DNA from: an uncultured Planctomycetia bacterium
Lineage (GTDB): Bacteria; Omnitrophota; Gorgyraeia; JABMRG01
Direction: 5' to 3'
Assembly (NCBI GenBank): GCA_964493115.1
Contig: CAZBNF010000003.1
Coordinates: forward strand, 1 to 40,417
Length of the DNA stretch: 40,417 bases
Position 1 is the stretch's first letter, and every line of letters begins with the position of its first letter. Below the pieces are notes generated by a model. It was not told where the DNA came from, did no database searches, and worked only from the letters and a program-made list of their open reading frames with translations. Shown piece after piece: positions 27,133-35,278 of this stretch. The translations under genes and the position numbers were made by a program.

Positions 27133-27178
27133 GAACGGTTCTCGAGCACAAGTACTTGTGCTCGAGAACCGTTCCTAA
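27129..27178. repeat. Perfect 46-50 bp palindrome (AGGAACGGTT outer-arm family, copy 1)
   Basis: TT AGGAACGGTTCTCGAGCACAAGT ACTTGTGCTCGAGAACCGTTCCT AA. It overlaps the gcvPB stop codon. No T-tract follows. Confidence 0.9.
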
Positions 27179-27187
27179 AGCAATCAT

Positions 27188-28006
27188 ATGAAAAAGTGGA
27201 GATTCATAGATACGGGAGAGGATACCTGCTATAGCAATATGGCTATAGATGAGGCATTGTTTCAGGCTTATGATGCATCTTGCTCTATGCCCATATTGAG
27301 AATATACAAGTGGAGCCCCCCGGCGTTTTCAATCGGTATTTCACAGGACCCTGCTATTGAGTTCGACTTTAAAGAATGTGATATATCAGGCGTCGGTTTT
27401 GTACGGAGAATGACAGGCGGGGGTATTATATTTCACGACAATGAATTGACTTACAGCATCATATGTTCGGAAAAAGACATAGAGGGGGCATATTTTGCAA
27501 AAGAGGTTTATAGGACCCTCTGTTCTTTTCTGATAGAGGCTTATCGTGCTATGGGCATCTCTGCAGAGTTTTCTTTAAGGGCTGATAAGGCGCCGAAATC
27601 AGGATGGGTATGCTTTAAGCAGAAAGAAAGATACGATATCGTAATAGGCGATAAAAAGATAGGGGGCAATGCGCAGAGAAGAAAACGCGATCTGATATTT
27701 CAGCATGGCTCGATACCCCTTCAATTAAACCCCGGAAGATATCAAAGATTTTTAAAAAACAAAATAGTTTTGGATGAAGATGGCGCATGTTCTTTAAGCC
27801 AAGCCCTGAAAAGGGACGTCGGATATGATGAGTTAAGAAAAAATCTTTTAATTGCCTTTAAATCGAGTTTTAACGCGGAGTTGGTATATGATACGCTTGC
27901 TCCTGCTGAACAAAGCCTACGGAATTATCTTATAAAATCAAAATATAGCACAAGGGAATGGAATTTTTTTAAACATGCTGACAGCGCAAAGGCCTTCGTG
28001 GCTTGA
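27188..28006 (+). CDS. Lipoate-protein ligase / octanoyltransferase family protein (LplA/LipM-like catalytic domain)
   Basis: Supported by NMAIDEALF, GGGIIFHD and the conserved-Lys motif KKIGGNAQRR. The gene sits between gcvPB and lipA. At 272 aa it lacks the LplA accessory domain. Confidence 0.8.
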   Translation: MKKWRFIDTGEDTCYSNMAIDEALFQAYDASCSMPILRIYKWSPPAFSIGISQDPAIEFDFKECDISGVGFVRRMTGGGIIFHDNELTYSIICSEKDIEGAYFAKEVYRTLCSFLIEAYRAMGISAEFSLRADKAPKSGWVCFKQKERYDIVIGDKKIGGNAQRRKRDLIFQHGSIPLQLNPGRYQRFLKNKIVLDEDGACSLSQALKRDVGYDELRKNLLIAFKSSFNAELVYDTLAPAEQSLRNYLIKSKYSTREWNFFKHADSAKAFVA

Positions 28007-28841
28007 GAAAAAGATAAGTCTAAAAGACTGCAGCCAGATGAAGTCTCTCTTAAGGGGCCTGGGCTTAAATACAGTATGTGAAGAGGCATCTTGCCCTAAT
28101 ATATCGGAATGTTTTGTTAGAGGCATTGCCACGTTTATGATACTTGGCAGCAAATGTACTAGAAGTTGCAAATTCTGTAATGTAGGAAAAGGAGAACCAG
28201 ATTCCTTAGATGTCTCTGAACCATGCCGTGTCGGGGAGGCGGTAAAGCAGCTCCGGTTGAACCATGCAGTAGTCACAAGCGTCACACGTGATGATTTAAA
28301 AGATGGTGGCGCGAGCCATTTTGCTGATACAATAAAATCCGTACGCCGGGAAAGCAGTAAAACAACTATAGAGGTTCTTATTCCAGATTTTAAGGCTGAT
28401 ATAGAGGCAATAAGCTGTGTTGTAAATGCAGGCCCTGATATTATAAATCATAATGTTGAAACAGTACCTAGTATATATCCAGAGGTAAGGCCTGAAGCTG
28501 ATTATAATAGATCGCTTGATGTTTTAAGGATTGCAAAAACTGTTTCAAAAGGCGGGATCTATACTAAAAGCGGCATTATGCTAGGCTTAGGAGAAACAAG
28601 AGAAGAAGTGCTGGAGGTCCTGCGTGATTTAAGAGGTGCTGGCTGTGATTTATTAAGCATAGGGCAGTATCTGGCCCCAAGCAAGCTGCACTATCCTGTT
28701 AAAGATTATATAGAGCCCGAACTTTTCAGATATTATAAGGAGCAGGCAGAGGCATTTGGTTTTCAATTTACAGCAAGCGGGCCTTATGTAAGAAGTTCTT
28801 ATCGGGCAGATGAATATATAAAGATGGAGAATCGTTTATGA
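27975..28841 (+). CDS. lipA: Lipoyl synthase
   Basis: RPSWLEKKI is present. The auxiliary cluster is TVCEEASCPNISECF and the radical-SAM cluster is CTRSCKFCNV. SGIMLGLGET is also present. It overlaps the upstream gene by 32 nt. Confidence 0.93.
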   Translation: MLTAQRPSWLEKKISLKDCSQMKSLLRGLGLNTVCEEASCPNISECFVRGIATFMILGSKCTRSCKFCNVGKGEPDSLDVSEPCRVGEAVKQLRLNHAVVTSVTRDDLKDGGASHFADTIKSVRRESSKTTIEVLIPDFKADIEAISCVVNAGPDIINHNVETVPSIYPEVRPEADYNRSLDVLRIAKTVSKGGIYTKSGIMLGLGETREEVLEVLRDLRGAGCDLLSIGQYLAPSKLHYPVKDYIEPELFRYYKEQAEAFGFQFTASGPYVRSSYRADEYIKMENRL

Positions 28842-29806
28842 AAGTAGTAGTAACAGGAGGCTCAGGATTCATAGGAAGTGCCTTTTTATGGAAACTTAAT
28901 AAAGAAGGCATCAATGACATACTTGTTGTTGATGTAGGCGAGGATAACAGGAATGCCCCTAATATAAGAGACAAAGAAATAACAGGCTATATTGAACGCG
29001 ATAAATTTATTGAACTTGTAGAATCAGATAAGCTCGATAAAAATATAGATATGATAGTCCATTTAGGCGCATGCGCTGATACCACAGAGACCGACAAGGG
29101 GTATCTCAACGATAACAACTATTTATACTCAAAGTCGCTGGCCGAGTGGTCTCTTAAAAATGATAAGCTGTTTTTTTATGCAAGCAGTGCCGCGACATAT
29201 GGCGCAGGAGAGCTTGGTTATTCTGATGAGGATAGGCTTATCCCGTCCCTTAAGCCCTTAAATGAATACGGCAGGTCAAAGCAGCGATTCGATCTGTGGC
29301 TTCTGGAAAACACTCTTACAGAAAGAATAGTCGGGTTTAAATTTTTTAATGTATATGGCCCTAATGAATACCATAAGCAGGATATGAGAAGCATGGTAAA
29401 CAAAGGCTACTATCAGATAAAAGAGTCCGGCAAGCTTAGGCTCTTTAAATCCTACAAACCCGAATATCTGCATGGCGGGCAAAAGAGGGATTTTATATAT
29501 ATAAAAGATGCCCTTGAAGTGATGTGGTATTTTATGAATAATCCGGATAAGAAAGGAATATTCAATGTAGGCACAGGCCGCGCCCATACATGGAATGAGC
29601 TTGCCATTGCCTTGTTTAAGGCCCTTGATAAAGAGCCCAATATAGAGTATTTTGATATGCCGGAAAACATAAAGGACCAATACCAGTATTTTACGCAAGC
29701 AGATCTGTCTAAATTAAGAAGCGCAGGGTGTGGCTATCAGTTCACTGGCATAAATGATGCGGTAAAAGACTATGTCAGCTATCTCGAAAAAGGAGAATAT
29801 CTTTAG
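28838..29806 (+). CDS. hldD: ADP-L-glycero-D-manno-heptose 6-epimerase
   Basis: Supported by VVVTGGSGFIGSAF...INDILVVD, ASSAATYG, VGFKFFNVYGPNEYHK, KRDFIYIKD and YQYFTQADLSKLRSAG. The protein is collinear with E. coli HldD as recalled from memory. Confidence 0.88.
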   Translation: MKVVVTGGSGFIGSAFLWKLNKEGINDILVVDVGEDNRNAPNIRDKEITGYIERDKFIELVESDKLDKNIDMIVHLGACADTTETDKGYLNDNNYLYSKSLAEWSLKNDKLFFYASSAATYGAGELGYSDEDRLIPSLKPLNEYGRSKQRFDLWLLENTLTERIVGFKFFNVYGPNEYHKQDMRSMVNKGYYQIKESGKLRLFKSYKPEYLHGGQKRDFIYIKDALEVMWYFMNNPDKKGIFNVGTGRAHTWNELAIALFKALDKEPNIEYFDMPENIKDQYQYFTQADLSKLRSAGCGYQFTGINDAVKDYVSYLEKGEYL

Positions 29807-29870
29807 GAACGGTTTTTGAGCCCCCATGTTTTCTTGCGAAAACAAAAATGGGGGCTCAAGAACCGTTCCT
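29805..29870. repeat. Composite nested palindrome: AGGAACGGTT outer arms enclosing the CCCCCATG core hairpin
   Basis: AGGAACGGTTTTTGAG CCCCCAT GTTTTC TTGC GAAAAC AAAA ATGGGGG CTCAAGAACCGTTCCT. The outer arms are shared with 27131-27176 and the core is shared with 144-177. Confidence 0.9.
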
Positions 29871-29894
29871 AAAAAAAAGAAAAGAGCTATAAAG

Positions 29895-31094
29895 ATGAAA
29901 AATAGAAGAGTGTACCTTGATAATAACGCGACAACTCCTCTCCATCCTGAAGTCAAAAAAGCTGTAAATGAGTCGATGGCCATATATGGAAATGCCTCAA
30001 GCCTTCACAGTTTTGGAAGAGAGGCTAAAGCCGCAATAGAATCGGCAAGGGCTGATATCGCGTCGTTTATAAATGCTGAATCAGATGAAATTGTTTTTGT
30101 CGGAAGCGGATCCGAGGCAAATAACACTATATTGAATATGGTTTCATGTTGTTCTGCCATATGCGGGTCTAAGTGCGGCGGCAGGCATCAGGTCGTTATC
30201 TCTGACATAGAACACCCATGCATAATAGAGACGTCAAAGTGCATAGAGCAGAAAGGCGTATCAATAATTCGGACAGGTGTAGACAGATATGGGAAAGTGG
30301 ATATCGATAAATTAAAAGATATTATAACAGAGAAAACCATGCTTGTATCCATTATGATGGCAAACAATGAGATAGGCACAATACAGGATATAAAAAAAAT
30401 ATCCGATATCGCGCATATAAAAGGAGCGCTATTTCACACTGATGCTGTCCAGGCGGTTGGCAAGGTCCCTGTTGATATTAAAGCGCTTGGAGTTGATTTT
30501 CTGTCTTTTTCCGCGCACAAAATATACGGCCCAAAAGGAATAGGTGCTTTGTATGCTAAAGCAAAGGCCCCGTTCTGCCCTTTTATAAGAGGGGGGCATC
30601 AGGAGAAGGGCCGCAGGGCAGGCACAGAAAACACTATCGGTATTATAGGTATGGCAGCTGCTATAGGCTGCAGAAAAAAAGAGATGGACAAAGAAGCCCA
30701 AAGGCTTACGCGGCTAAAAGAAAGATTGAAAACTTTTATTGAAAATAAAATAGCGGATATAAGTTTTAACGGGCACCCTAAGGATTCACTGCCTGGCACG
30801 CTTAATGTATCATTTAAAGGCGCGGAAGGGGAGGCAATGCTTCTTTATCTTGATATAGAAGGTATTGCTGTTTCAACAGGTTCAGCATGCGCGTCAGGCT
30901 CGCTGGATCCATCTCATGTGCTATTAGCAACAGGTATAGGCGCTGAAGAAGCGCACGGTGCCATACGTTTTAGCCTGGGAAGGGAAACGACGGATTCTGA
31001 CATAGATTACGTAATAGAAAAACTTCCGTTGGTTATTAAAAAGGTACGCGGCATATCATCAGCGTATTCTAAGAAAGGAAAGGCCTTGATATGA
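29895..31094 (+). CDS. nifS: Cysteine desulfurase, NifS type
   Basis: RVYLDNNATTPLHPEV is present. SAHKIYGPKGIGALY carries the PLP Lys and VSTGSACASGS carries the active-site Cys. The start is trimmed to ATG 29895; the track ORF from 29826 begins inside the palindrome. Confidence 0.9.
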   Translation: MKNRRVYLDNNATTPLHPEVKKAVNESMAIYGNASSLHSFGREAKAAIESARADIASFINAESDEIVFVGSGSEANNTILNMVSCCSAICGSKCGGRHQVVISDIEHPCIIETSKCIEQKGVSIIRTGVDRYGKVDIDKLKDIITEKTMLVSIMMANNEIGTIQDIKKISDIAHIKGALFHTDAVQAVGKVPVDIKALGVDFLSFSAHKIYGPKGIGALYAKAKAPFCPFIRGGHQEKGRRAGTENTIGIIGMAAAIGCRKKEMDKEAQRLTRLKERLKTFIENKIADISFNGHPKDSLPGTLNVSFKGAEGEAMLLYLDIEGIAVSTGSACASGSLDPSHVLLATGIGAEEAHGAIRFSLGRETTDSDIDYVIEKLPLVIKKVRGISSAYSKKGKALI

Positions 31095-31699
31095 CAGAGC
31101 CTCTAAAGTGGGTGTATACAGACAAGGTTAAGGAACACTTTACAAGTCCAAAGAATATATTGGATGAAGAGTCTTCCTACGATGAGGACGGAAAAGGTCT
31201 TGTTGGCAATATCAAATGCGGAGATCAGATGCTGATGGTGATAAAGGTAGATAAAACCAAAGGTGTAATAGCGGATTGCAAGTGGAAAACATATGGTTGT
31301 GCAAGCGCTATTGCCTCTACATCCATATTGTCGGAAAAGGTAAAGGGCATGAAAATAGAAGATGCATATAAAATCTCCCCTAAAGATATAGCGGCAGAAC
31401 TCGGCGGCCTCCCAGAGCACAAGATACACTGCTCTGTTTTAGGAGATAAGGCCCTGCGCGCTGCCATAGATGATTATTATAAAAGAAATGGTATGGAAAA
31501 TAAGGTAAAGCAGTACCCTGAGCGGACTATTTGCCAGTGTATGAATGTTACTGACAAGGAGATAGAAGATGCTGTGCTTGAAGGGGCAAGGACATACCAG
31601 CAGTTGCAGGAAAAGACCAAGGCAGGCACGGTCTGCGGGCAGTGCAAAGAGGAAACACTAAAACTCTTGGAAAAATACAATAGCAGGCATTTTAGATAG
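31091..31699 (+). CDS. nifU: NifU-type Fe-S scaffold (IscU-like domain + BFD-like [2Fe-2S] domain; no C-terminal Nfu domain)
   Basis: The three scaffold Cys contexts GNIKCGDQM, YGCASAIAS and HCSVLG are present. The BFD-like domain is CQCMNVTDKEIEDAV...GTVCGQCK. Confidence 0.88.
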   Translation: MTEPLKWVYTDKVKEHFTSPKNILDEESSYDEDGKGLVGNIKCGDQMLMVIKVDKTKGVIADCKWKTYGCASAIASTSILSEKVKGMKIEDAYKISPKDIAAELGGLPEHKIHCSVLGDKALRAAIDDYYKRNGMENKVKQYPERTICQCMNVTDKEIEDAVLEGARTYQQLQEKTKAGTVCGQCKEETLKLLEKYNSRHFR

Positions 31700-31836
31700 A
31701 AAGCGAGGTGATGCATATGTTTACAAGAAAATGGATGCTTAGACAGGTTGCTCATTGCAAGGAGGGCTGCAGTATTTGGTCCTGGGCACGACACTAAAAG
31801 GCCTTTTTAATTTAATAATCGATAAGGGATTGACAA

Positions 31837-32325
31837 ATGATAAGCAAAAATTTAGCGGATAAAATTAGTTATCAGATAAACAGGGAGATATATTCAGGCT
31901 ATCTGTATCTTGGCATGGCCTCTTATGCCCATTCAATAAACTTAAAAGGTTTTGCCAATTGGTTTAAATGCCAGTTCAGGGAAGAGCTTGAGCATGCTGA
32001 CAAGATGTACGATTATTTATCGAAAAAAGGTGTGCGCGTTGCACTTGATGGTATCGAGGCACCACCACAGGATTTTAAATCAGGGCCTGAGCTTTTTGAA
32101 AAAACACTTGCCCATGAAAAGGCTGTAACAAAACTTATACAAGGACTTTTTGATATCGCAAAACAGGAAAATGATGATGAAACCGCTGAATTCCTGAGCT
32201 GGTTTGTAAAAGAACAGATCGAGGAAGAGGCAACGCCAGCATCAATTATAAAGAAGACAGATGAGGCAGGCGGGGATAAGCAGGCCGTTGCAAAGATAGA
32301 TGCCATGCTCTTAAATCGAAAATAA
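31837..32325 (+). CDS. ftn: Non-haem ferritin
   Basis: Supported by the ferroxidase ligands in [17 protein letters not shown]...[15 protein letters not shown], plus LAHEKAVT and [13 protein letters not shown]. Confidence 0.88.
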   Translation: MISKNLADKISYQINREIYSGYLYLGMASYAHSINLKGFANWFKCQFREELEHADKMYDYLSKKGVRVALDGIEAPPQDFKSGPELFEKTLAHEKAVTKLIQGLFDIAKQENDDETAEFLSWFVKEQIEEEATPASIIKKTDEAGGDKQAVAKIDAMLLNRK

Positions 32326-32338
32326 AAGGAGAAAGATT

Positions 32339-32563
32339 ATGCTTAAAGACAGGGTAAAAGAGGTGCTTGATAAGATAAGGCCGACATTGCAGGCTGATGG
32401 AGGTGATGTCGAGCTTATAGATGTAACAGAAGACGGCACCGTAAAGGTAAGGTTAAAAGGCGCCTGCGCGGGATGCCCTATGAGCCAGATGACATTGAAG
32501 CAGGGTATTGAGAGCACATTAAAGCAGGAAATCCCCGAGGTAAAACAGGTAATATCAGCATAA
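32339..32563 (+). CDS. NifU C-terminal (Nfu-type) Fe-S cluster carrier domain protein
   Basis: Supported by [21 protein letters not shown] and [18 protein letters not shown] (CxxC). It is 74 aa and has an AGGAG RBS. Confidence 0.85.
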   Translation: MLKDRVKEVLDKIRPTLQADGGDVELIDVTEDGTVKVRLKGACAGCPMSQMTLKQGIESTLKQEIPEVKQVISA

Positions 32564-32579
32564 AGACTGAAATAATTCC

Positions 32580-33011
32580 ATGAAAAATGCTAATAAATTC
32601 ATATGCACTGATTGCGTTAAACTGCAGAAATGCAAAGAGCCATTTTTTTCATGGGTTTTATTTTTTATAGCTCTTGTCGCAATAATATCTATCAGGGCTG
32701 TAAATGTTTTAATGGATGTAAATCCTGCAATGGCCAAGATATTTTGGTACACAGGGATAGTGGGTTTTCTTATATTTTTTGCATATAAATTTCAATATGA
32801 TACAGCATTGCAAAAAGAGCTGGCTAGTACGCGGCTTTCAGACAAACTGCTTTCAAAAAATGCCCTTTCAGAGCACGATTACCACGTGCTGGCAACTATT
32901 GTCTGTAAGCTATCATCAAAGAAAGATGCTATAAATTACTTTTTTATATTTTTCTTTTCAGGCATTGCCCTGGCATTGGCAATATATGTGGATTTCATTA
33001 AACCGGCGTAG
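32580..33011 (+). CDS. Hypothetical membrane protein (3 predicted TM helices, N-terminal CxxC...C)
   Basis: The only evidence is hydrophobic segments and a position in frame within a tightly packed operon. No recognisable family. Confidence 0.45.
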   Translation: MKNANKFICTDCVKLQKCKEPFFSWVLFFIALVAIISIRAVNVLMDVNPAMAKIFWYTGIVGFLIFFAYKFQYDTALQKELASTRLSDKLLSKNALSEHDYHVLATIVCKLSSKKDAINYFFIFFFSGIALALAIYVDFIKPA

Positions 33012-33029
33012 AAGCGTAAGGCAATAATT

Positions 33030-33500
33030 ATGAAACTAAGCGATGAAATAATCCATTTTCTTTATAGGCAACATTATACTGTGATTTCGACCATAGACAA
33101 GGATGGCGCCATACACAATTCCTGCAAAGGGATAGTCAACATAGACAAGAAGGGCCGCATATATCTTTTAGATTTGTATAAGCAAAGGACATATGAGAAT
33201 TTAAAGAATGACCCTAATATAGCGCTTACGGTTGTAGATGAGCATAAGTTTAAAGGCTATTCATTAAAAGGAAAAGCAAAAATAATCATCGAGGATAAGA
33301 TAAAACCGGATATCCTGGCAGCATGGGATAAGAAGATATCAGGAAGGATATCGCATAGAATACTTAAAAATATAAGCGGCGAAAAAGGCCACGCAAGACA
33401 CCCTGAAATTCTTTTGCCCAAGCCAGAATATATAATAGAAGTGCGGGTAGATAAAATTGTAGACCTTACGCCGCACAAACTAAAACACGTAAAAGCTTAA
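33030..33500 (+). CDS. Pyridoxamine 5'-phosphate oxidase-like FMN-binding split-barrel protein
   Basis: The length (156 aa) and the N-terminal pattern (FLYRQHYTVISTIDKDGAIHNSCKG...YLLDLY) are typical of the PNPOx-like/flavin reductase superfamily. This is a weak assignment made by eye. Confidence 0.5.
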   Translation: MKLSDEIIHFLYRQHYTVISTIDKDGAIHNSCKGIVNIDKKGRIYLLDLYKQRTYENLKNDPNIALTVVDEHKFKGYSLKGKAKIIIEDKIKPDILAAWDKKISGRISHRILKNISGEKGHARHPEILLPKPEYIIEVRVDKIVDLTPHKLKHVKA

Positions 33501-33518
33501 ATGGAAGGAGAAATACAC

Positions 33519-34094
33519 ATGAAAAGCATAAAGGGAACAAAGACAGAGAAAAATCTTTTAGCATCATTTGCCGGGGAGTCTCAGGCAAGGAATCGTTATA
33601 CCTATTTTGCGGGTGTTGCAAAAAAGGCAGGCTATGAGCAGATAGCAGCAATATTTTTAGAGACTGCTGAAAATGAAAAAGAGCATGCTAAGAGGTTTTT
33701 CAAGTATCTTGAAGGAGGAGATACCCAGATACAGGCAACATATCCTGCGGGGATTATAGGAGATACTGCACAGAATCTTGCCGCATCAGCTGCCGGAGAA
33801 AATGAGGAGTGGACAAAGCTTTACAAAGAAGCTGAAGCAACAGCAAGGCAGGAAGGGTTTGATGAGATAGCCGATCAGTTTAAAGAAATAGCAGAGGTTG
33901 AGCAAGAGCATGAGAAAAGATACCGTAAGCTCCTTAAAAACATAAAAGAAAATACCGTGTTTGCGAAAGCCTCAGTTGTAAAGTGGAAATGCCGCAATTG
34001 CGGGTATGTACATGAAGGCGCTCAAGCGCCTGATAAATGTCCGGCCTGCCTGCATCCACAGGCTTATTACGAAATATTGTGCGAAAATTATTAA
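33519..34094 (+). CDS. rbr: Rubrerythrin
   Basis: The diiron four-helix-bundle motifs are [32 protein letters not shown] and [10 protein letters not shown]. The C-terminal rubredoxin-like domain is CRNCGYV...CPACLHP. The start is at ATG 33519, after AAGGAG. Confidence 0.92.
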   Translation: MKSIKGTKTEKNLLASFAGESQARNRYTYFAGVAKKAGYEQIAAIFLETAENEKEHAKRFFKYLEGGDTQIQATYPAGIIGDTAQNLAASAAGENEEWTKLYKEAEATARQEGFDEIADQFKEIAEVEQEHEKRYRKLLKNIKENTVFAKASVVKWKCRNCGYVHEGAQAPDKCPACLHPQAYYEILCENY

Positions 34095-34110
34095 AACAGG
34101 AGGCATTAAG

Positions 34111-34554
34111 ATGAATGGCTATACATGTAAGATATGCAAGTATATAGCAATTGATGGGGCTGCGCCTGATAACTGTCCTGTCTGCGGTGCCCCGAAGAGT
34201 GCTTTTTTAGAAAGCAAGGATGCCATTAAGGAGCCGCAAGATAAGGACAGCTTAACCGAGCTTGAGAAGAAGCATATACCTGTTATAACAGTTGTGCATA
34301 AATGCGGCCTGATACCTGATGGCTGCCATGATGTGCATGTAAAACTTGGCCAGATACAGCATCCTATGGAAGATAAACACTATATTATGCATATAGATTA
34401 TTATATTGATAGGAAGTTTATAGCACGTGTACACCTTAGCCCGCAGAAGTGTAATCCCGCGGCAGCGCTCCACCTCAAACCAGGTGAAGGCAAGATTGGC
34501 GCAGTAGCATTATGCAACCAGCATGGCGCATGGTTTAATGAAGCAGAGCTCTAG
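34111..34554 (+). CDS. Superoxide reductase (neelaredoxin/desulfoferrodoxin Fe-binding domain) with an N-terminal rubredoxin-type CxxC...CxxC zinc-ribbon domain
   Basis: The N-terminus is YTCKICKYIAIDGAAPDNCPVCGAP. The SOR centre II ligand contexts are EKKHIPV, CHDVHVKLG..HPME and LCNQHGAW (the CN-HG motif). The start is trimmed to ATG 34111, which follows AGGAGG. Confidence 0.8.
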   Translation: MNGYTCKICKYIAIDGAAPDNCPVCGAPKSAFLESKDAIKEPQDKDSLTELEKKHIPVITVVHKCGLIPDGCHDVHVKLGQIQHPMEDKHYIMHIDYYIDRKFIARVHLSPQKCNPAAALHLKPGEGKIGAVALCNQHGAWFNEAEL

Positions 34555-34563
34555 GATCAATCC

Positions 34564-35277
34564 ATGATAATATTCGAGACAGAGCTTATCTCTGTTATAG
34601 AGAGAAACCCTGGCGTAAAGAGTTTTAGGTTTAAGACAACAAACGACCTTGTATTTAAGCCAGGACAGTTCTTTTTTGTCGGTATAATGATAAATGGACA
34701 GGAAAAAACCAAGCACTTTTCATTTTCCAATTCTCCGACCGAAACAGGTTACATTGAATTTACCAAGCGCTTAACAGGCAGCGAGTTTTCAAGCGCGCTT
34801 AATAATCTTAAGCCGGGTGATTGGGCTAAGATAAAGGCGCCTTATGGTAAATTTACTTTTGAAGGTGAACATGAAAAAATAGCTTTCCTTTCAGGGGGCA
34901 TAGGCATAACCCCGATAAGAAGCATATCAAAATATGTAGTTGATAAAGGCCTGCCCACCGATATGGTATTGTTGTACGGTAACAATACCGAGAAAGACAT
35001 TATATTTAAGCAGGACTTTGACAAGATGGCAGAAGCCAGGAGCAATTTTAATGTTGTATGTACACTTACTGCCAAGGATATCAATAAAGATAGTTGGCAA
35101 GGCAAGACAGGCTATATAGATGCAGATATGATAAAAAAGGAGATCCCTGATTATAATGACAGGGTCTTTTTTATATGCGGGCCGCCAGCTATGGTTGAAG
35201 TATTGAATAAGACCTTAAAAGAGAAGTTACTAATAAGAGAAGAAAAAATTGTAATAGAGAATTTTACAGGTTATTGA
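34564..35277 (+). CDS. FNR-superfamily FAD/NAD(P)H oxidoreductase (no Fe-S domain)
   Basis: The flavin-binding motif KHFSFS is RxYS-like. The NAD(P)-binding motif is FLSGGIGITPIRS, and the C-terminal motif is FICGPPAMV. Confidence 0.75.
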   Translation: MIIFETELISVIERNPGVKSFRFKTTNDLVFKPGQFFFVGIMINGQEKTKHFSFSNSPTETGYIEFTKRLTGSEFSSALNNLKPGDWAKIKAPYGKFTFEGEHEKIAFLSGGIGITPIRSISKYVVDKGLPTDMVLLYGNNTEKDIIFKQDFDKMAEARSNFNVVCTLTAKDINKDSWQGKTGYIDADMIKKEIPDYNDRVFFICGPPAMVEVLNKTLKEKLLIREEKIVIENFTGY

Positions 35278-35278
35278 T

